Source of the DNA: Acidobacteriota bacterium
GTDB lineage: Bacteria; Acidobacteriota; Thermoanaerobaculia; Multivoradales; UBA5704
Length of the DNA: 64,000 nt
Reading direction: 5' to 3'
Assembly (NCBI GenBank): GCA_040005235.1
Contig: JBDTZG010000026.1
Location: 13,354-77,353, forward strand
The translations under genes were made by a program, and so were the position numbers. This document shows, piece by piece, positions 29,283-39,091 of this stretch. A model generated the notes under the pieces. That model saw only the letters and a program-made list of their open reading frames with translations. It was not told the origin of the DNA and made no database searches. Position 1 is the first letter of the stretch, and every line of letters starts with the position of its first letter.

Positions 29283-29363
29283 CGTGAATCTCCCAGAATA
29301 CGAAACGAGTGGGCGCGAAATTGAACGGCTAAGGTTCCAGCGAATCGTATCGCGAGCAGGCAC

Positions 29364-29396
29364 AAAAAACCCCGAAGCCTTCCGGCTCCGGGGTTT
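29364..29396 (-). terminator. Rho-independent terminator
   Basis: Minus strand reads AAACCCCGGAGCC-GGAA-GGCTTCGGGG-TTTTTT. Confidence 0.85.
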
Positions 29397-29423
29397 GAAT
29401 CGTCGAGCTTTTTGTCCTCGGGC

Positions 29424-29795
29424 TTAGTGGATCACTTCCACCGTGCCGGTCGAGGGGTACCACTCCTCGGCGTTCGAGGCGACACCGGAGCATTGGAGAG
29501 TTTCGAGATTCAGGGTGACCGTCAACGTATAACCTGAATCTGAAAGGTACGACACCAAATGCACGTCCGGTGCGACCTCGAAGGAGGCATAGGGGACCCC
29601 CTTCGGTTCCTTGCCGTTCGCGGACGGTTCCGCTTCGGTCGATTTCGCCGGTTGTTTCTTGGCGCCGTTTACATCGCGCCAAGCCACAGTGCCGTCGGGG
29701 AAGAACGTGTGCTCGTAGGTCTTCCCGGCCGTGGGGCCGTCTTCAAAAGTCCAGCGAATCGTTTGACCCGCCAGAGATCGTTTTGTTTGATTCAT
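29424..29795 (-). CDS. Small MoaF-N/calycin-like beta-barrel protein
   Basis: LAGQTIRWTFEDGPTAGKTYEHTF...VAPDVHLVSYLSDSGYTLTV; GGAG RBS. Confidence 0.65.
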   Translation of the reverse strand: MNQTKRSLAGQTIRWTFEDGPTAGKTYEHTFFPDGTVAWRDVNGAKKQPAKSTEAEPSANGKEPKGVPYASFEVAPDVHLVSYLSDSGYTLTVTLNLETLQCSGVASNAEEWYPSTGTVEVIH

Positions 29796-29851
29796 CGTGC
29801 CCTCATCTCCAAGTGATGTGTGAGGTGTTGCCCCCACGAAACCTAGGAGAT

Positions 29852-29867
29852 TGCAGGGGGTGTGCCA
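29852..29867 (-). promoter_or_regulatory. Candidate sigma-54 (-24/-12) promoter
   Basis: TGGCACACCCCCTGCA, with canonical GG-N10-GC spacing, about 55 nt upstream of ATG 29795. Confidence 0.45.
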
Positions 29868-30190
29868 TGCTCTATAAGCCACATGGAGAGAATAGTTTGC
29901 GGCAAATCCGAAAGATGTAAGGCGAGAGTGTCGACGCCCGGTGGTCCTCGCTGATTTTGCCGCCGCCGGAAAGTTCTGCGTAAGGAAGAAAGAGGTGCGG
30001 TAGGCGTGAGAGGATGCCCCGAAGGCGCCTGGCCGTTCAATGAGCGCGAGTTCGTGGATGTTTTTGGGTTGAGTAAGAAGGGCCACCCGGGGCAAAGAGG
30101 CGTAGGATGCAGGTCAGGCACTTCTCGGCTTCAAGCGACAAGGTACCACCGCGAAGTCGGTCGTACGCGGTTGGGCGACGGGAGTCGGAA

Positions 30191-32995
30191 ATGGCGAATG
30201 GGAACAAGGGTCGGGCGAAAGCCCCTTCGGGGGCCGAGCGGATGCTCAGGTCCCAGCCGCCCGCCCAGCCGGTCGCGGGAGAAGGTTCTGCCGACGGAAC
30301 GGACGAAGCGGGCGATCATGGCCTCTTCCCGGTGATTGGAATCGGTGCCTCGGCCGGGGGGCTCGCGGCGTTCGAGGCGTTTTTCTCCGGCATGCCGGCC
30401 GGTGCGGACACGGGAATGGCGTTCGTGCTGGTGCAGCACCTGGCGCCGGACCACAAGAGCCTTTTGGCCGATCTGATCCGCCGCAGGACCCGCATGCAGG
30501 TCTTCGAGATCGAGGACGGCATGCCGGTGCAGCCCAACCGCGTCTACATCATTCCGCCCAACCATGACCTGGCGTTCTTGCATGGGACGCTGCAGCTGCT
30601 CGATCCGGCCGAGGCGAGAGGCCAGCGCCTGCCGATCGATTTCTTCTTTCGCTCGCTCGCCGCGGACCTGCGGGAGTGCGCGATCGGCATCGTGCTGTCC
30701 GGCACCGGGGCCGACGGCACCCAAGGGGTGCGGGCGATCAAGGCCCAAGGCGGCATGGTGATGGCGCAGACCCTCGCGTCCACCGAGTTCGACGGCATGC
30801 CGAGGAGCGCGGTCGGCACCGGCCTGGTGGATTACGAGCTGCCTCCGGCCGAGATGCCCGCCCGGCTGATCGACTACGTCGCGCGCTCGTTCGGCAAGCT
30901 ACCGCGTTCGGCCACCGTCACGCCGACGCAGGAGTCGAAGGCGCTCGAAAAAGTCTTCGTCCTGCTGCGCGCCCAGACCGGCCACGATTTCTCAGGTTAC
31001 AAGCCGAGCACGATCGAGCGGCGGATCGAGCGGCGCATGGCGATCCACCAGGTCGAAACGCTCGACGGCTACGCCAAGTATCTGCAGCGGACCCCGGCCG
31101 AGGTGGAGGCTTTGTTTCGCGACCTGCTGATCGGCGTCACCCATTTCTTCCGCGATACGGAAGCCTTCGAGGTGCTGGAGCGGGAGGTCATTCCCTCGCT
31201 CTTTGCCGGCAAGCCCGCGGGTGCCCCGATTCGCGTCTGGTCGGTGGGGTGCTCCACCGGCGAAGAGGCCTATTCGCTCGCCATTCTTCTGCAAGAGCGG
31301 AAGGAGGCGATCAAGGCCACCAACTCGGTGCAGGTGTTCGCCACCGACATCGACAGCGTGGCAATCGCCACGGCCCGGCTGGGAATCTATCCGGCGAGTC
31401 TCGACATGGACATCTCGCCGGAGCGGCTGGCGCGCTTCTTTTCCCTAGAGCCCGACGGCGGCGTGTATCGGATTCACAAACGCATTCGCGACCTGCTGAT
31501 CTTTTCCGAGCAGGATGTGATCAAAGACCCGCCGTTTTCCAAGCTCGATCTGATCTGTTGCCGCAACCTCTTGATCTATCTCGGGGCCGACCTGCAGAAG
31601 AGAGTCATTCCCCTCTTTCACTATGCCTTGAACCCGGAGGGACGGCTGTTCCTCGGGACGTCCGAAGGGGTCGGCGAATTCTCCGATCTGTTCGCGGTCC
31701 TCGACCGCAAGTCGAAGTTGTACAAGCGGAAAGAAGAACCGGGCGGACGGGAGCGCCAGGCATTGCGCCGGGTTCTGGAGAGCCGGACGGCGATCGATGT
31801 TGCGCTGAGGCTTCCCGCCAAGACGGCCTTTCGCGGGAAGCTGCCGCTTCGCGAGCTGGTCGAGCAGACGCTCCTTGAGCAGGGGGTGCCGCCCTGCGCG
31901 TTGGTCAACGGCCAGGGCGACATCCTCTACCAGCACGGCCGCACCGGTCTGTTCCTGGAGCCGGCGCCGGGCGAAGCGGGGATCACCAACGTTATGAAGA
32001 TGGCGCGCGAGGGGCTGCGGCCCGGCTTGACCACCAGCCTGCATCGCGCGGTGAGCCGCCAGGAGGTGGTGCGAGCCGCCAATCTTCGGGTCAAGGCCAA
32101 CGGCCATTTCATCCGGGTCCATCTGACGATTCGCCCGGTCGCAGTCCGTCCGGGTGGAGAAGGCACCCCCGCTCTTTTCATGGTCCTGTTCGAAGAGGCA
32201 CCGGATGCCGAAACCGGCGCGGCGCAGACGGCCGCCACGGCGGCGGACGGCGGAACCGAAACTCCGGTCGCGCGGATCGCGACGCTGGAGCAGGAATTGC
32301 GGGCCAAGGAGGAATACCTTCAAACCACGCACGAGGAGCTGGAGAGCTCGATCGACGAGTTGCGCACCTCGAATCAGGAAATGCAGTCGATCAACGAGGA
32401 GCTGCAATCCACCAACGAGGAGCTGGAGACCTCGAAGGAAGAGCTGCAGTCGGTCAACGAAGAGCTGGCGACGGTGAACAACGAGTTGCAGACCAAGGTG
32501 GCCGACCTGTCGCAGACCAACAACGACATGAACAACCTGCTCGCCGGCACCGGGATCGCGACTGTCTTCGTCGATCACCAGCTGCAGATTCTGCGCTTCA
32601 CCCCCACCGCGTCGCAGTTGATCCACCTGATCAAAAGCGACGTGGGCCGGCCGGTCGGGCACCTGGTCTCCAATCTGGTCGGTTATGACAGCCTGGTGGC
32701 CGACGTGCAAGAGGTGCTGGACACCCTGGTCCCGAAGGACGCGCAGGTGGCGACCCAGGCCGGCCTCTGGTTCACCATGCGCATCCGCCCCTATCGCACG
32801 CTGGACAACGTCATCGAAGGGGCGGTGATCACTTTCGTCGACATCACCGAAACCAAGCACGCCCAGGAGGCGCTCGCCCTTGCGAACGATCGGATCCGGC
32901 AGGCGATGATGGCGCGCGACGCCGAAGAGGTCCTCGTCCTAGAGGAAAGACGACGAGGCGTGGCGATCAGCCGCAACGAAGGAGGCGCAGAGTGA
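30191..32995 (+). CDS. CheB methylesterase-CheR methyltransferase fusion with coiled coil and PAS domain
   Basis: GASAGG/QHL/SGTGADG (CheB triad), WSVGCSTGEEAYS (CheR), ELQSTNEEL heptads, C-terminal PAS. Confidence 0.92.
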   Translation: MANGNKGRAKAPSGAERMLRSQPPAQPVAGEGSADGTDEAGDHGLFPVIGIGASAGGLAAFEAFFSGMPAGADTGMAFVLVQHLAPDHKSLLADLIRRRTRMQVFEIEDGMPVQPNRVYIIPPNHDLAFLHGTLQLLDPAEARGQRLPIDFFFRSLAADLRECAIGIVLSGTGADGTQGVRAIKAQGGMVMAQTLASTEFDGMPRSAVGTGLVDYELPPAEMPARLIDYVARSFGKLPRSATVTPTQESKALEKVFVLLRAQTGHDFSGYKPSTIERRIERRMAIHQVETLDGYAKYLQRTPAEVEALFRDLLIGVTHFFRDTEAFEVLEREVIPSLFAGKPAGAPIRVWSVGCSTGEEAYSLAILLQERKEAIKATNSVQVFATDIDSVAIATARLGIYPASLDMDISPERLARFFSLEPDGGVYRIHKRIRDLLIFSEQDVIKDPPFSKLDLICCRNLLIYLGADLQKRVIPLFHYALNPEGRLFLGTSEGVGEFSDLFAVLDRKSKLYKRKEEPGGRERQALRRVLESRTAIDVALRLPAKTAFRGKLPLRELVEQTLLEQGVPPCALVNGQGDILYQHGRTGLFLEPAPGEAGITNVMKMAREGLRPGLTTSLHRAVSRQEVVRAANLRVKANGHFIRVHLTIRPVAVRPGGEGTPALFMVLFEEAPDAETGAAQTAATAADGGTETPVARIATLEQELRAKEEYLQTTHEELESSIDELRTSNQEMQSINEELQSTNEELETSKEELQSVNEELATVNNELQTKVADLSQTNNDMNNLLAGTGIATVFVDHQLQILRFTPTASQLIHLIKSDVGRPVGHLVSNLVGYDSLVADVQEVLDTLVPKDAQVATQAGLWFTMRIRPYRTLDNVIEGAVITFVDITETKHAQEALALANDRIRQAMMARDAEEVLVLEERRRGVAISRNEGGAE

Positions 32996-33066
32996 GCAAC
33001 CAAGAACCCCGACCCTCCGGCATCGAAGGGGCGCGCAGGCTCGAAACGGATGGAGACAGCTCATGA
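32992..33066 (+). CDS. 24-aa small ORF bridging cheBR and the PAS gene
   Basis: GGAGG RBS; GTGA overlap with the upstream stop and ATGA overlap with the downstream start. Confidence 0.35.
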   Translation: MSNQEPRPSGIEGARRLETDGDSS

Positions 33067-33689
33067 GCCGGCAGGGGCTTTTCGCCGGACCCCTCGGCTC
33101 CCTCTCGCCGGAAGAGCGGGAGGCCGCGGGCCACCTTCTGCGCCAACGGGCCGAAGCGATCGCCCAAGCCCGAGGAGCTCGGCCGAGAGCCCGGTTAGAG
33201 GGCTTGTCTCTCGAAGAGACGCAAGAGATTCTTCACGAGCTGATGGTGCATCACATCGAGCTTGAGATGCAGAATGAAGAGCTGCATCGCGTGCAGGAGC
33301 AGCTGGACGCGGCGCGTGCGCGCTATTTCGACCTCTACGACTTGGCACCGTTGGGCTATTGCACGCTCGACGAGCTGGACGTGATCGTGGAGGCCAACCT
33401 CACCCTCGCCGACCTGTTGAGCGTGTCCCGGGACGAGCTGGTCGACCTGCCGATCTCCCGTTTCATCTACCGGGACGACGAAGACGTCTTTTACCTGCTC
33501 AAGAAGCGCCTGGCGACGATCAGAGGGGCGCAGTCGCGCGAGCTGCGGATGGTAAAGTCCGGCGGTACGCCGGTCCCGGTCAGCCTGGTGGCGAGCCTCG
33601 GTCGTGCCGCCGACGGTACGCCCGAGCTTCGTTGCATGGTGACCGATATTTCAGGGCGAAAGCCTGCCGGCCGCGACCGTACCGCGTGA
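33063..33689 (+). CDS. PAS-domain protein without output domain
   Basis: LHELMVHHIELEMQNEEL...YFDLYDLAPLGY...VTDIS; ends right after the PAC motif. Confidence 0.8.
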   Translation: MSRQGLFAGPLGSLSPEEREAAGHLLRQRAEAIAQARGARPRARLEGLSLEETQEILHELMVHHIELEMQNEELHRVQEQLDAARARYFDLYDLAPLGYCTLDELDVIVEANLTLADLLSVSRDELVDLPISRFIYRDDEDVFYLLKKRLATIRGAQSRELRMVKSGGTPVPVSLVASLGRAADGTPELRCMVTDISGRKPAGRDRTA

Positions 33690-33743
33690 GACGCGGGGAT
33701 CATCGACACTCCTTTCCGAATGTAAAAGTGACGACGGGGTCTC

Positions 33744-34502
33744 CTAGCGAAGCCAGAGGTAGACGAGCGCGGCCAGAGCGATCAGGGTGATCCAGAACCC
33801 GGGGCGTTCGAGCATCCGCACCGCCGCCCGGCCGGCCGCTGCGGCCCCGATCGCGCCGACGTCCAAAACTTCGGGCGTCTGGAACGGCGCGGCGGGAACG
33901 ACCCCGGCGACCACCGCTTCGGCGACCGCCATCGCCGCCCCCGGAACGTGCGCGATTTCCTCCGCGATCGCCGCCCCCGGAGCGGGCGCGCTTTCCTCCG
34001 CGCCCTCCGCCGAGGGGGGCACAGGCGCCTCCGAGGGGTCCGCGGCGGGGGTCTCCAGCTGGCGCCGCATGGCGTCGGAAAACTTGCCGAACATCTGATC
34101 GCTCACGTCCTGGATCATGCCGCGGCCGAACTGCGCGAGGATGCCGAAGACGTTGACGTCCGAGACCACCGTCACCTCGGTCTCTTCCGGAGAGCGGGCG
34201 ACGACGCGGCTTTTCATCCGCATGTCGGCGCCCCCCTTTCCTTTCGTCTCCTGGCCCGAGCCCGACAGCTCGGCCTCGCCCGCCGCCTCGTCGAGGCGCT
34301 CGAAGCGCAGCTTGCCGCGATAGCTCGCGGTCACCGGGCCGACCTTGACGTTCATCGTCCCCTTGTACTCCTGGTCGCTCACCTTCTCGGTGATCGCCGC
34401 TCCCGGCAGACAGCTCGCGACCCGGTACGGGTCGATCAGGAAACTCCATACCGCGGGCGCCGCGGCGCGGACCACGAAACTCTTCTCGATTTGCATTCCC
34501 AT
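33744..34502 (-). CDS. coxG: CoxG/SRPBCC-family protein with C-terminal membrane anchor
   Basis: VWSFLIDPYRVASCLPGA, VKVGPV, GILAQFGRGMI; Ala/Pro linker; terminal TM. No cox structural genes in the window. Confidence 0.75.
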   Translation of the reverse strand: MGMQIEKSFVVRAAAPAVWSFLIDPYRVASCLPGAAITEKVSDQEYKGTMNVKVGPVTASYRGKLRFERLDEAAGEAELSGSGQETKGKGGADMRMKSRVVARSPEETEVTVVSDVNVFGILAQFGRGMIQDVSDQMFGKFSDAMRRQLETPAADPSEAPVPPSAEGAEESAPAPGAAIAEEIAHVPGAAMAVAEAVVAGVVPAAPFQTPEVLDVGAIGAAAAGRAAVRMLERPGFWITLIALAALVYLWLR

Positions 34503-34641
34503 GGGGCGGACTCTTTCACAAGGAGAGCAGAGGAACGAGCCGTAGTTAGTGTGACTCAATCCGCCAGGTGTCCTTCCTGGAAGGCCGCATTCCGCCCAAT
34601 GTGTCCTTGACAGAAGGCCACATTGGCCCTCGCGTGCCGGT

Positions 34642-35405
34642 ATGAGCCTTCATCCCGTTCTGGCCGAGAAGCTGAGCGCCGCTCTGGAAGAGGGCCCACC
34701 GGAGGTTTTGACGCGGCGCGATGCTCGACTTCCTGGGATCGCCGGCAAGGTGCATGCGGTAATTGGGATGCGCCGCGCGGGGAAGACCACGTTTCTGCGC
34801 CAGCTCTTGAATGATCGCCGGGCGAAGGGGCCTCTGGAGCGGGCGGTCTATCTAAGCTTCGACGACGACCGACTCGCCGTGTTGGACCTGGAGCAGCTCG
34901 GCTTTCTTCTCGAAGAGTACTACCGCCGTTTTCCCGCGCTTCGCGGGCGCGAGACGGTTTCCTGGTGCCGCTCGCTACGGATTCGGAACGGCAGCAGAAC
35001 TCGAATCCGCGAAAGCTGTATCCCGCGGATCCGGGATTGATCCAGGCCTTCGACGCGAGCGGCCGGTCGAATCTCGGCCATGCGTTGGAAACCGTGGTGC
35101 ATAACGAGCTGGAGCGGCGCGGCGCCGAGGTTGGCTATGTCAAAACCGCCGACGGTTTCGAGGTGGATTTCCTGGCTTGTCGGCCGGAAGGCGGAGAAGA
35201 ACTGATCCAGGTGTGCGCGGACCTGTCAGCACCCGAGACCCGTGCGCGGGAGCTCCGGGCGCTTAACGCGGCGGGAGCGTCTTATCCGCACGCGAGGCAG
35301 CGATTGTTGGTTCTCGATCGCGAATCGTCCGCGTCGGCCGACGTGCCGGGAATCGAGGTCCGGCCCGCCCACGAATGGCTGCTGTCGCCGCAGGTAGAAG
35401 GCTGA
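34642..35405 (+). pseudogene. AAA_14/DUF4143 ATPase with large internal deletion
   Basis: Walker A GMRRAGKT in the first frame. It jumps at ~34965, before Walker B, to the C-terminal NPRKLYPADPGL...ETVVHNEL...EVDF...IQVC in another frame. Confidence 0.8.
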
Positions 35406-35471
35406 GCAATCGCCGCGCCGCCTTCTGATAGATTTCTCGCCGAACCCTGACCTTTGAGGAGGTTGCCGGCA

Positions 35472-37115
35472 ATGTCGAGGACTCCCTTGTTTCGCTACTT
35501 GGAGCGCGCCGCCCGGCTCGCGCGCGCGGCGCAGGCTTCCGGCGCCTCCTCGGCCGAGACGGTCGAGCGTTGGCGCGAGAGCGTCCAGTTCTCGCGGCGC
35601 AGCTTTCTCACCACGGCGGGAGCCGCCGCCGTGGGACTCGCGGCCGGTTGCGGCAAGATCGCGCAGCTCACCGGGCGCGGCGACGGCAAGAAGGGCGATC
35701 GGCCGGTGCTGATCATCGGCGGCGGCATCGCGGGTCTCACCTGCGCCTACCGGCTGCATCAGCAGAACGTGCCGGTGCGGGTGATCGAAGGGCAGAAGCG
35801 GGTCGGCGGCCGGATGTTTTCACTCACCAACTATTTCCCCGAAAACCAGGTGTGCGAGCTGGGCGGCGAGCTGGTCGACTCCGGCCACGAGCACCTGCGC
35901 GGCCTCTGTCAGGAGTTCGGCCTCACCCTCGACGATTTCGACACCGACGACCCGAAGCTGTCCGACGACCTCTGGTATTTCGACGGCGTCCGGCGGAAGG
36001 ACGCGGATGTGGTCGAGGCGTTCAAGCCGATCGCCGAGAAGATGGCCAAGTCCTGGGAAGAGGTGAACGGCGACTCGTTCGACTACAAGAACCCTAACGG
36101 CGCCGAGCAGGTGGACAACCTGTCGATCGCCCAGTGGCTCGACGAGGCGGAGTGCGACGGCTGGTTCCGGAAGCTGCTCGAAGTGGGCTACGTCACCGAA
36201 TACGGCCGCGAGGTCTCGGAGCAATCCGCCTGGAACATGCTCTACCTGATCGATTACGAAACGCCCGATCCGTTCCGTATCTTCGGCGACAGCGACGAGC
36301 GGTACCACATCCGCGGCGGCAACGATCAGGTGCCGAAGCTGCTCGCCGGCAAGCTTGGCGACCGGGTGGAAACCAACAGCCGGCTCGAATCGATCTCCCG
36401 CGCGCCCGACGGTTCGTATCGCTGCTCGGTGCGGCGCGACGCGACATCCGAGACGATCTCGGCCGACCGCGTGGTGATGGCGCTGCCGTTCACCATGCTG
36501 CGCGAGGTGCAGATGGACGTCGAGTTGCCGGCGGTCAAAAAGAAGGCGATCGCCGAGCTGGGCTACGGCACGAACGCCAAGCTGATGGTCGGATTCTCCG
36601 AACGCGTCTGGCGCACCGGTTCGGTCGCCTCGAACGGCAGCATCCTGACCGACTTGCCGTTCCAGCTCACGTGGGAATCGACCCGGCTGCAACCCGGCAA
36701 GGGGGGAATCCTGGTCGGTTACACCGGGGGAGAGCGCGGCATGGCGATGGGCGAAGGCACTCCGGCCGACCAGGCGGAGAAGTTCGTCGCCGAGCTCGAA
36801 AAGGTCTACCCCGGCGTCGCCGAGCGGCGCACCGGCGAGACCCGCATGCACTGGCCGACGTTCCCCTGGATGAAGGCGAGCTACGCCTGCTACCTCCCCG
36901 GACAGTGGACGACGATCTGCACCGCCGAAGGCGAACGGGTCGACAAGCTCCACTTCTGCGGCGAGCACACCTCGGTCGATTTCCAGGGCTACATGGAAGG
37001 AGGCTGCGAAAGCGGCACCCGCGTCGCCGACGAAATCCTGGTGGACTTAGGATTGAAGAAGCCCGAGCCGGAAGAAAAGGCGGCGCCGGAAGCGACGGAG
37101 AAGAAAGCCGCCTGA
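35472..37115 (+). CDS. Flavin-dependent amine oxidase family protein, probable Tat lipoprotein
   Basis: SRRSFL twin-arginine motif, LAAGC lipobox, IIGGGIAGL FAD motif, VGGR, FCGEHT...GYMEGG. Confidence 0.88.
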   Translation: MSRTPLFRYLERAARLARAAQASGASSAETVERWRESVQFSRRSFLTTAGAAAVGLAAGCGKIAQLTGRGDGKKGDRPVLIIGGGIAGLTCAYRLHQQNVPVRVIEGQKRVGGRMFSLTNYFPENQVCELGGELVDSGHEHLRGLCQEFGLTLDDFDTDDPKLSDDLWYFDGVRRKDADVVEAFKPIAEKMAKSWEEVNGDSFDYKNPNGAEQVDNLSIAQWLDEAECDGWFRKLLEVGYVTEYGREVSEQSAWNMLYLIDYETPDPFRIFGDSDERYHIRGGNDQVPKLLAGKLGDRVETNSRLESISRAPDGSYRCSVRRDATSETISADRVVMALPFTMLREVQMDVELPAVKKKAIAELGYGTNAKLMVGFSERVWRTGSVASNGSILTDLPFQLTWESTRLQPGKGGILVGYTGGERGMAMGEGTPADQAEKFVAELEKVYPGVAERRTGETRMHWPTFPWMKASYACYLPGQWTTICTAEGERVDKLHFCGEHTSVDFQGYMEGGCESGTRVADEILVDLGLKKPEPEEKAAPEATEKKAA

Positions 37116-37183
37116 GGTGCGAATCCCGGTCGGCCGCGGGTAGCCTGCGGCCGGCCGGACGAGCTCTTGCAGGCCATGGGTCA

Positions 37184-37230
37184 CTTTGCAACGCAAAGGA
37201 CTTGACGATCCGATGACTCGCGGATAGATT
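37184..37230 (+). promoter_or_regulatory. Operator palindrome plus sigma-70 promoter (probably leaderless mRNA)
   Basis: CTTTGC-AAC-GCAAAG (37184-37198), then TTGACG-17-TAGATT. The GTG start is 6 nt after the -10. Confidence 0.65.
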
Positions 37231-37236
37231 CCGCCC

Positions 37237-37851
37237 GTGCCCGCCCTGCGTCCCGTCCCATCCGACCCTCCCGAACCCTCTTCGCTCCATGTGCGGGCGA
37301 TGGACAACCTGCGCTACATCCGCGAGACGATGGAGGGAGCGGCGCCGTTCACCGGCGTTTCCGGCTTCGGCGAAATGGCGGTGGGTGCCACGGCGCTCGG
37401 CGCGGCTTGGCTGGCCCACCGTTCCGGTCCCACATCCTGGCTTTCGATCTGGCTCGGCGAATCGGTGCTCGCGTTCCTCGTCACGTTCGGTGCGATCGCC
37501 TGGAAGGCGCGCCGCGCGGGTTTGAGTCTGATCACCAAACCCGGCCGCCGCTTCGCGTTCGCGCTCTTTCCTACGCTGGTGGCCGGCGCGCTACTCACGT
37601 TCGTCCTGGTGCGCGAAGGACAGCTCGAAATCCTGCCCGGGCTCTGGCTGCTGCTCTATGGTGCGGGGGTCGCCACCGGCGGCGCGTTCGCGGTACGCAC
37701 GGTGCCGGTGATGGGGCTGTCGTTCATGGCGCTCGGCGCGGCCGAATTGGTTTTCGGTCCCTACGCCTCGCGCGATCTGCTGCTTGCCGCGGGCTTCGGC
37801 GGGCTTCATCTGATCTTCGGCGCGATCATCGCCAAGAGGCACGGTGGCTAG
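37237..37851 (+). CDS. Six-TM membrane protein
   Basis: AMDNLRYIRETME followed by six hydrophobic segments, ending GFGGLHLIFG. Confidence 0.8.
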   Translation: MPALRPVPSDPPEPSSLHVRAMDNLRYIRETMEGAAPFTGVSGFGEMAVGATALGAAWLAHRSGPTSWLSIWLGESVLAFLVTFGAIAWKARRAGLSLITKPGRRFAFALFPTLVAGALLTFVLVREGQLEILPGLWLLLYGAGVATGGAFAVRTVPVMGLSFMALGAAELVFGPYASRDLLLAAGFGGLHLIFGAIIAKRHGG

Positions 37852-38230
37852 GCGGGCAAGCCTCGTGCGCAACCCGGAGAGCGGCGAGGCCGGCGAGCAC
37901 GGCGAGGCTCCAGCAACTCCGGCATCCCCCGGCTCCGCGCTCGATCTCGACCGGCTGATCCACGAGCGGATTCGCCTCGGCATCCTCTCGGCGCTCGCGG
38001 TGCACGACACTCTGACCTTCAACGACTTGAAGCACCTGCTTAATACGACCGACGGCAATTTGAGCGTCCACGCCCGCAAGTTGGAAGACGCCGGCTACAT
38101 CGACTGCGCGAAGCGGTTCGAGGGGCGTGTGCCGAAGACCGAATACCGCCTCGCGGCCCCGGGCCGGCGCGCGCTCGAACGTTATCTGGACCACATGGAA
38201 GCGCTGATCCACGCCACGCGCCACGCTTGA
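37844..38230 (+). CDS. Winged-helix transcriptional regulator (HTH_34, MarR/ArsR-like)
   Basis: [16 protein letters not shown]...[18 protein letters not shown]...PKTEYRL. Confidence 0.9.
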   Translation: MARRASLVRNPESGEAGEHGEAPATPASPGSALDLDRLIHERIRLGILSALAVHDTLTFNDLKHLLNTTDGNLSVHARKLEDAGYIDCAKRFEGRVPKTEYRLAAPGRRALERYLDHMEALIHATRHA

Positions 38231-38292
38231 CCTTTTTTTCTTTGGAGACTTTGCCAAATGAAGCGCTTTGCCTTGAGGGATGGGAGCAACCG

Positions 38293-39048
38293 ATGAATGG
38301 GACGGCTCCGCTTCACGTGGCGATCATCATGGACGGCAACGGCCGCTGGGCGACCCGCCGCGGACGCTCGCGCACGGCGGGGCATCGGGCCGGGGCGACG
38401 GCGGTGCGGCGGACGGTCGAAAACGCCCCCCGGCTCGGGATCGGCACGCTCACGCTCTACGCCTTCTCGTCCGACAACTGGCAACGCCCGCCGGTCGAGG
38501 TTTCGGCGCTGATGCGGCTGTTCCACGCGTACCTGGCCAACGAGGCCGCGCGGGCGGCGGACAACGGCGTGCGGATCGAGGTGATCGGCCGGCGCGACCG
38601 GCTGTCGCCCGAGCTTCTTCGGTCGATCGAGAAAGCCGAGGCGACGACCTCGCGCGGCGAAAAGTTACGCCTGCGGATCGCCGTCGACTATTCGGCGCGA
38701 GACGCAATCCTCTTCGCCGCCGATCGACTGCGCGCACTTCCCGCCGGGGCGATCGACCGCGAGACCTTCTCGCGCCTGCTCGCCGGGGGGATCCACGGCT
38801 CTGCCGCGCCGGATGTGGATCTGCTGATCCGCACCGGGGGCGAGCAGCGCCTATCCGATTTCCTGCTCTGGGAATGCGCCTACGCCGAGCTGGTCTTCAC
38901 CGACCGGATGTGGCCCGATTTTTCCGCCGACGATCTACACGCGGCGGTCGACAACTTCCATCACCGCGAACGCCGCTACGGCAAAGTGCTGGAGATGCCG
39001 GTTCCGCGCGAAGAGGCGCCGCGGCTGCGGATCGCAGCGCGGGGCTAG
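38293..39048 (+). CDS. uppS: cis-prenyltransferase (undecaprenyl diphosphate synthase family)
   Basis: [49 protein letters not shown]. Confidence 0.92.
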   Translation: MNGTAPLHVAIIMDGNGRWATRRGRSRTAGHRAGATAVRRTVENAPRLGIGTLTLYAFSSDNWQRPPVEVSALMRLFHAYLANEAARAADNGVRIEVIGRRDRLSPELLRSIEKAEATTSRGEKLRLRIAVDYSARDAILFAADRLRALPAGAIDRETFSRLLAGGIHGSAAPDVDLLIRTGGEQRLSDFLLWECAYAELVFTDRMWPDFSADDLHAAVDNFHHRERRYGKVLEMPVPREEAPRLRIAARG

Positions 39049-39056
39049 GCCGGGTC

Positions 39057-39085
39057 AAAAGGGGCGGGGAGACCCCGCCCCTTCA
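39057..39085. terminator. Terminator between convergent uppS and htpG
   Basis: AAAA-GGGGCGGGG-AGA-CCCCGCCCC-TT. Confidence 0.8.
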
Positions 39086-39091
39086 TTCTTC

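Noticed and set aside
33744-34502. CO dehydrogenase cluster
   Set aside because: Only a CoxG-like gene is present, with no coxMSL. The Mo enzyme at 55689 belongs to the DMSO reductase family, not the xanthine oxidase family.
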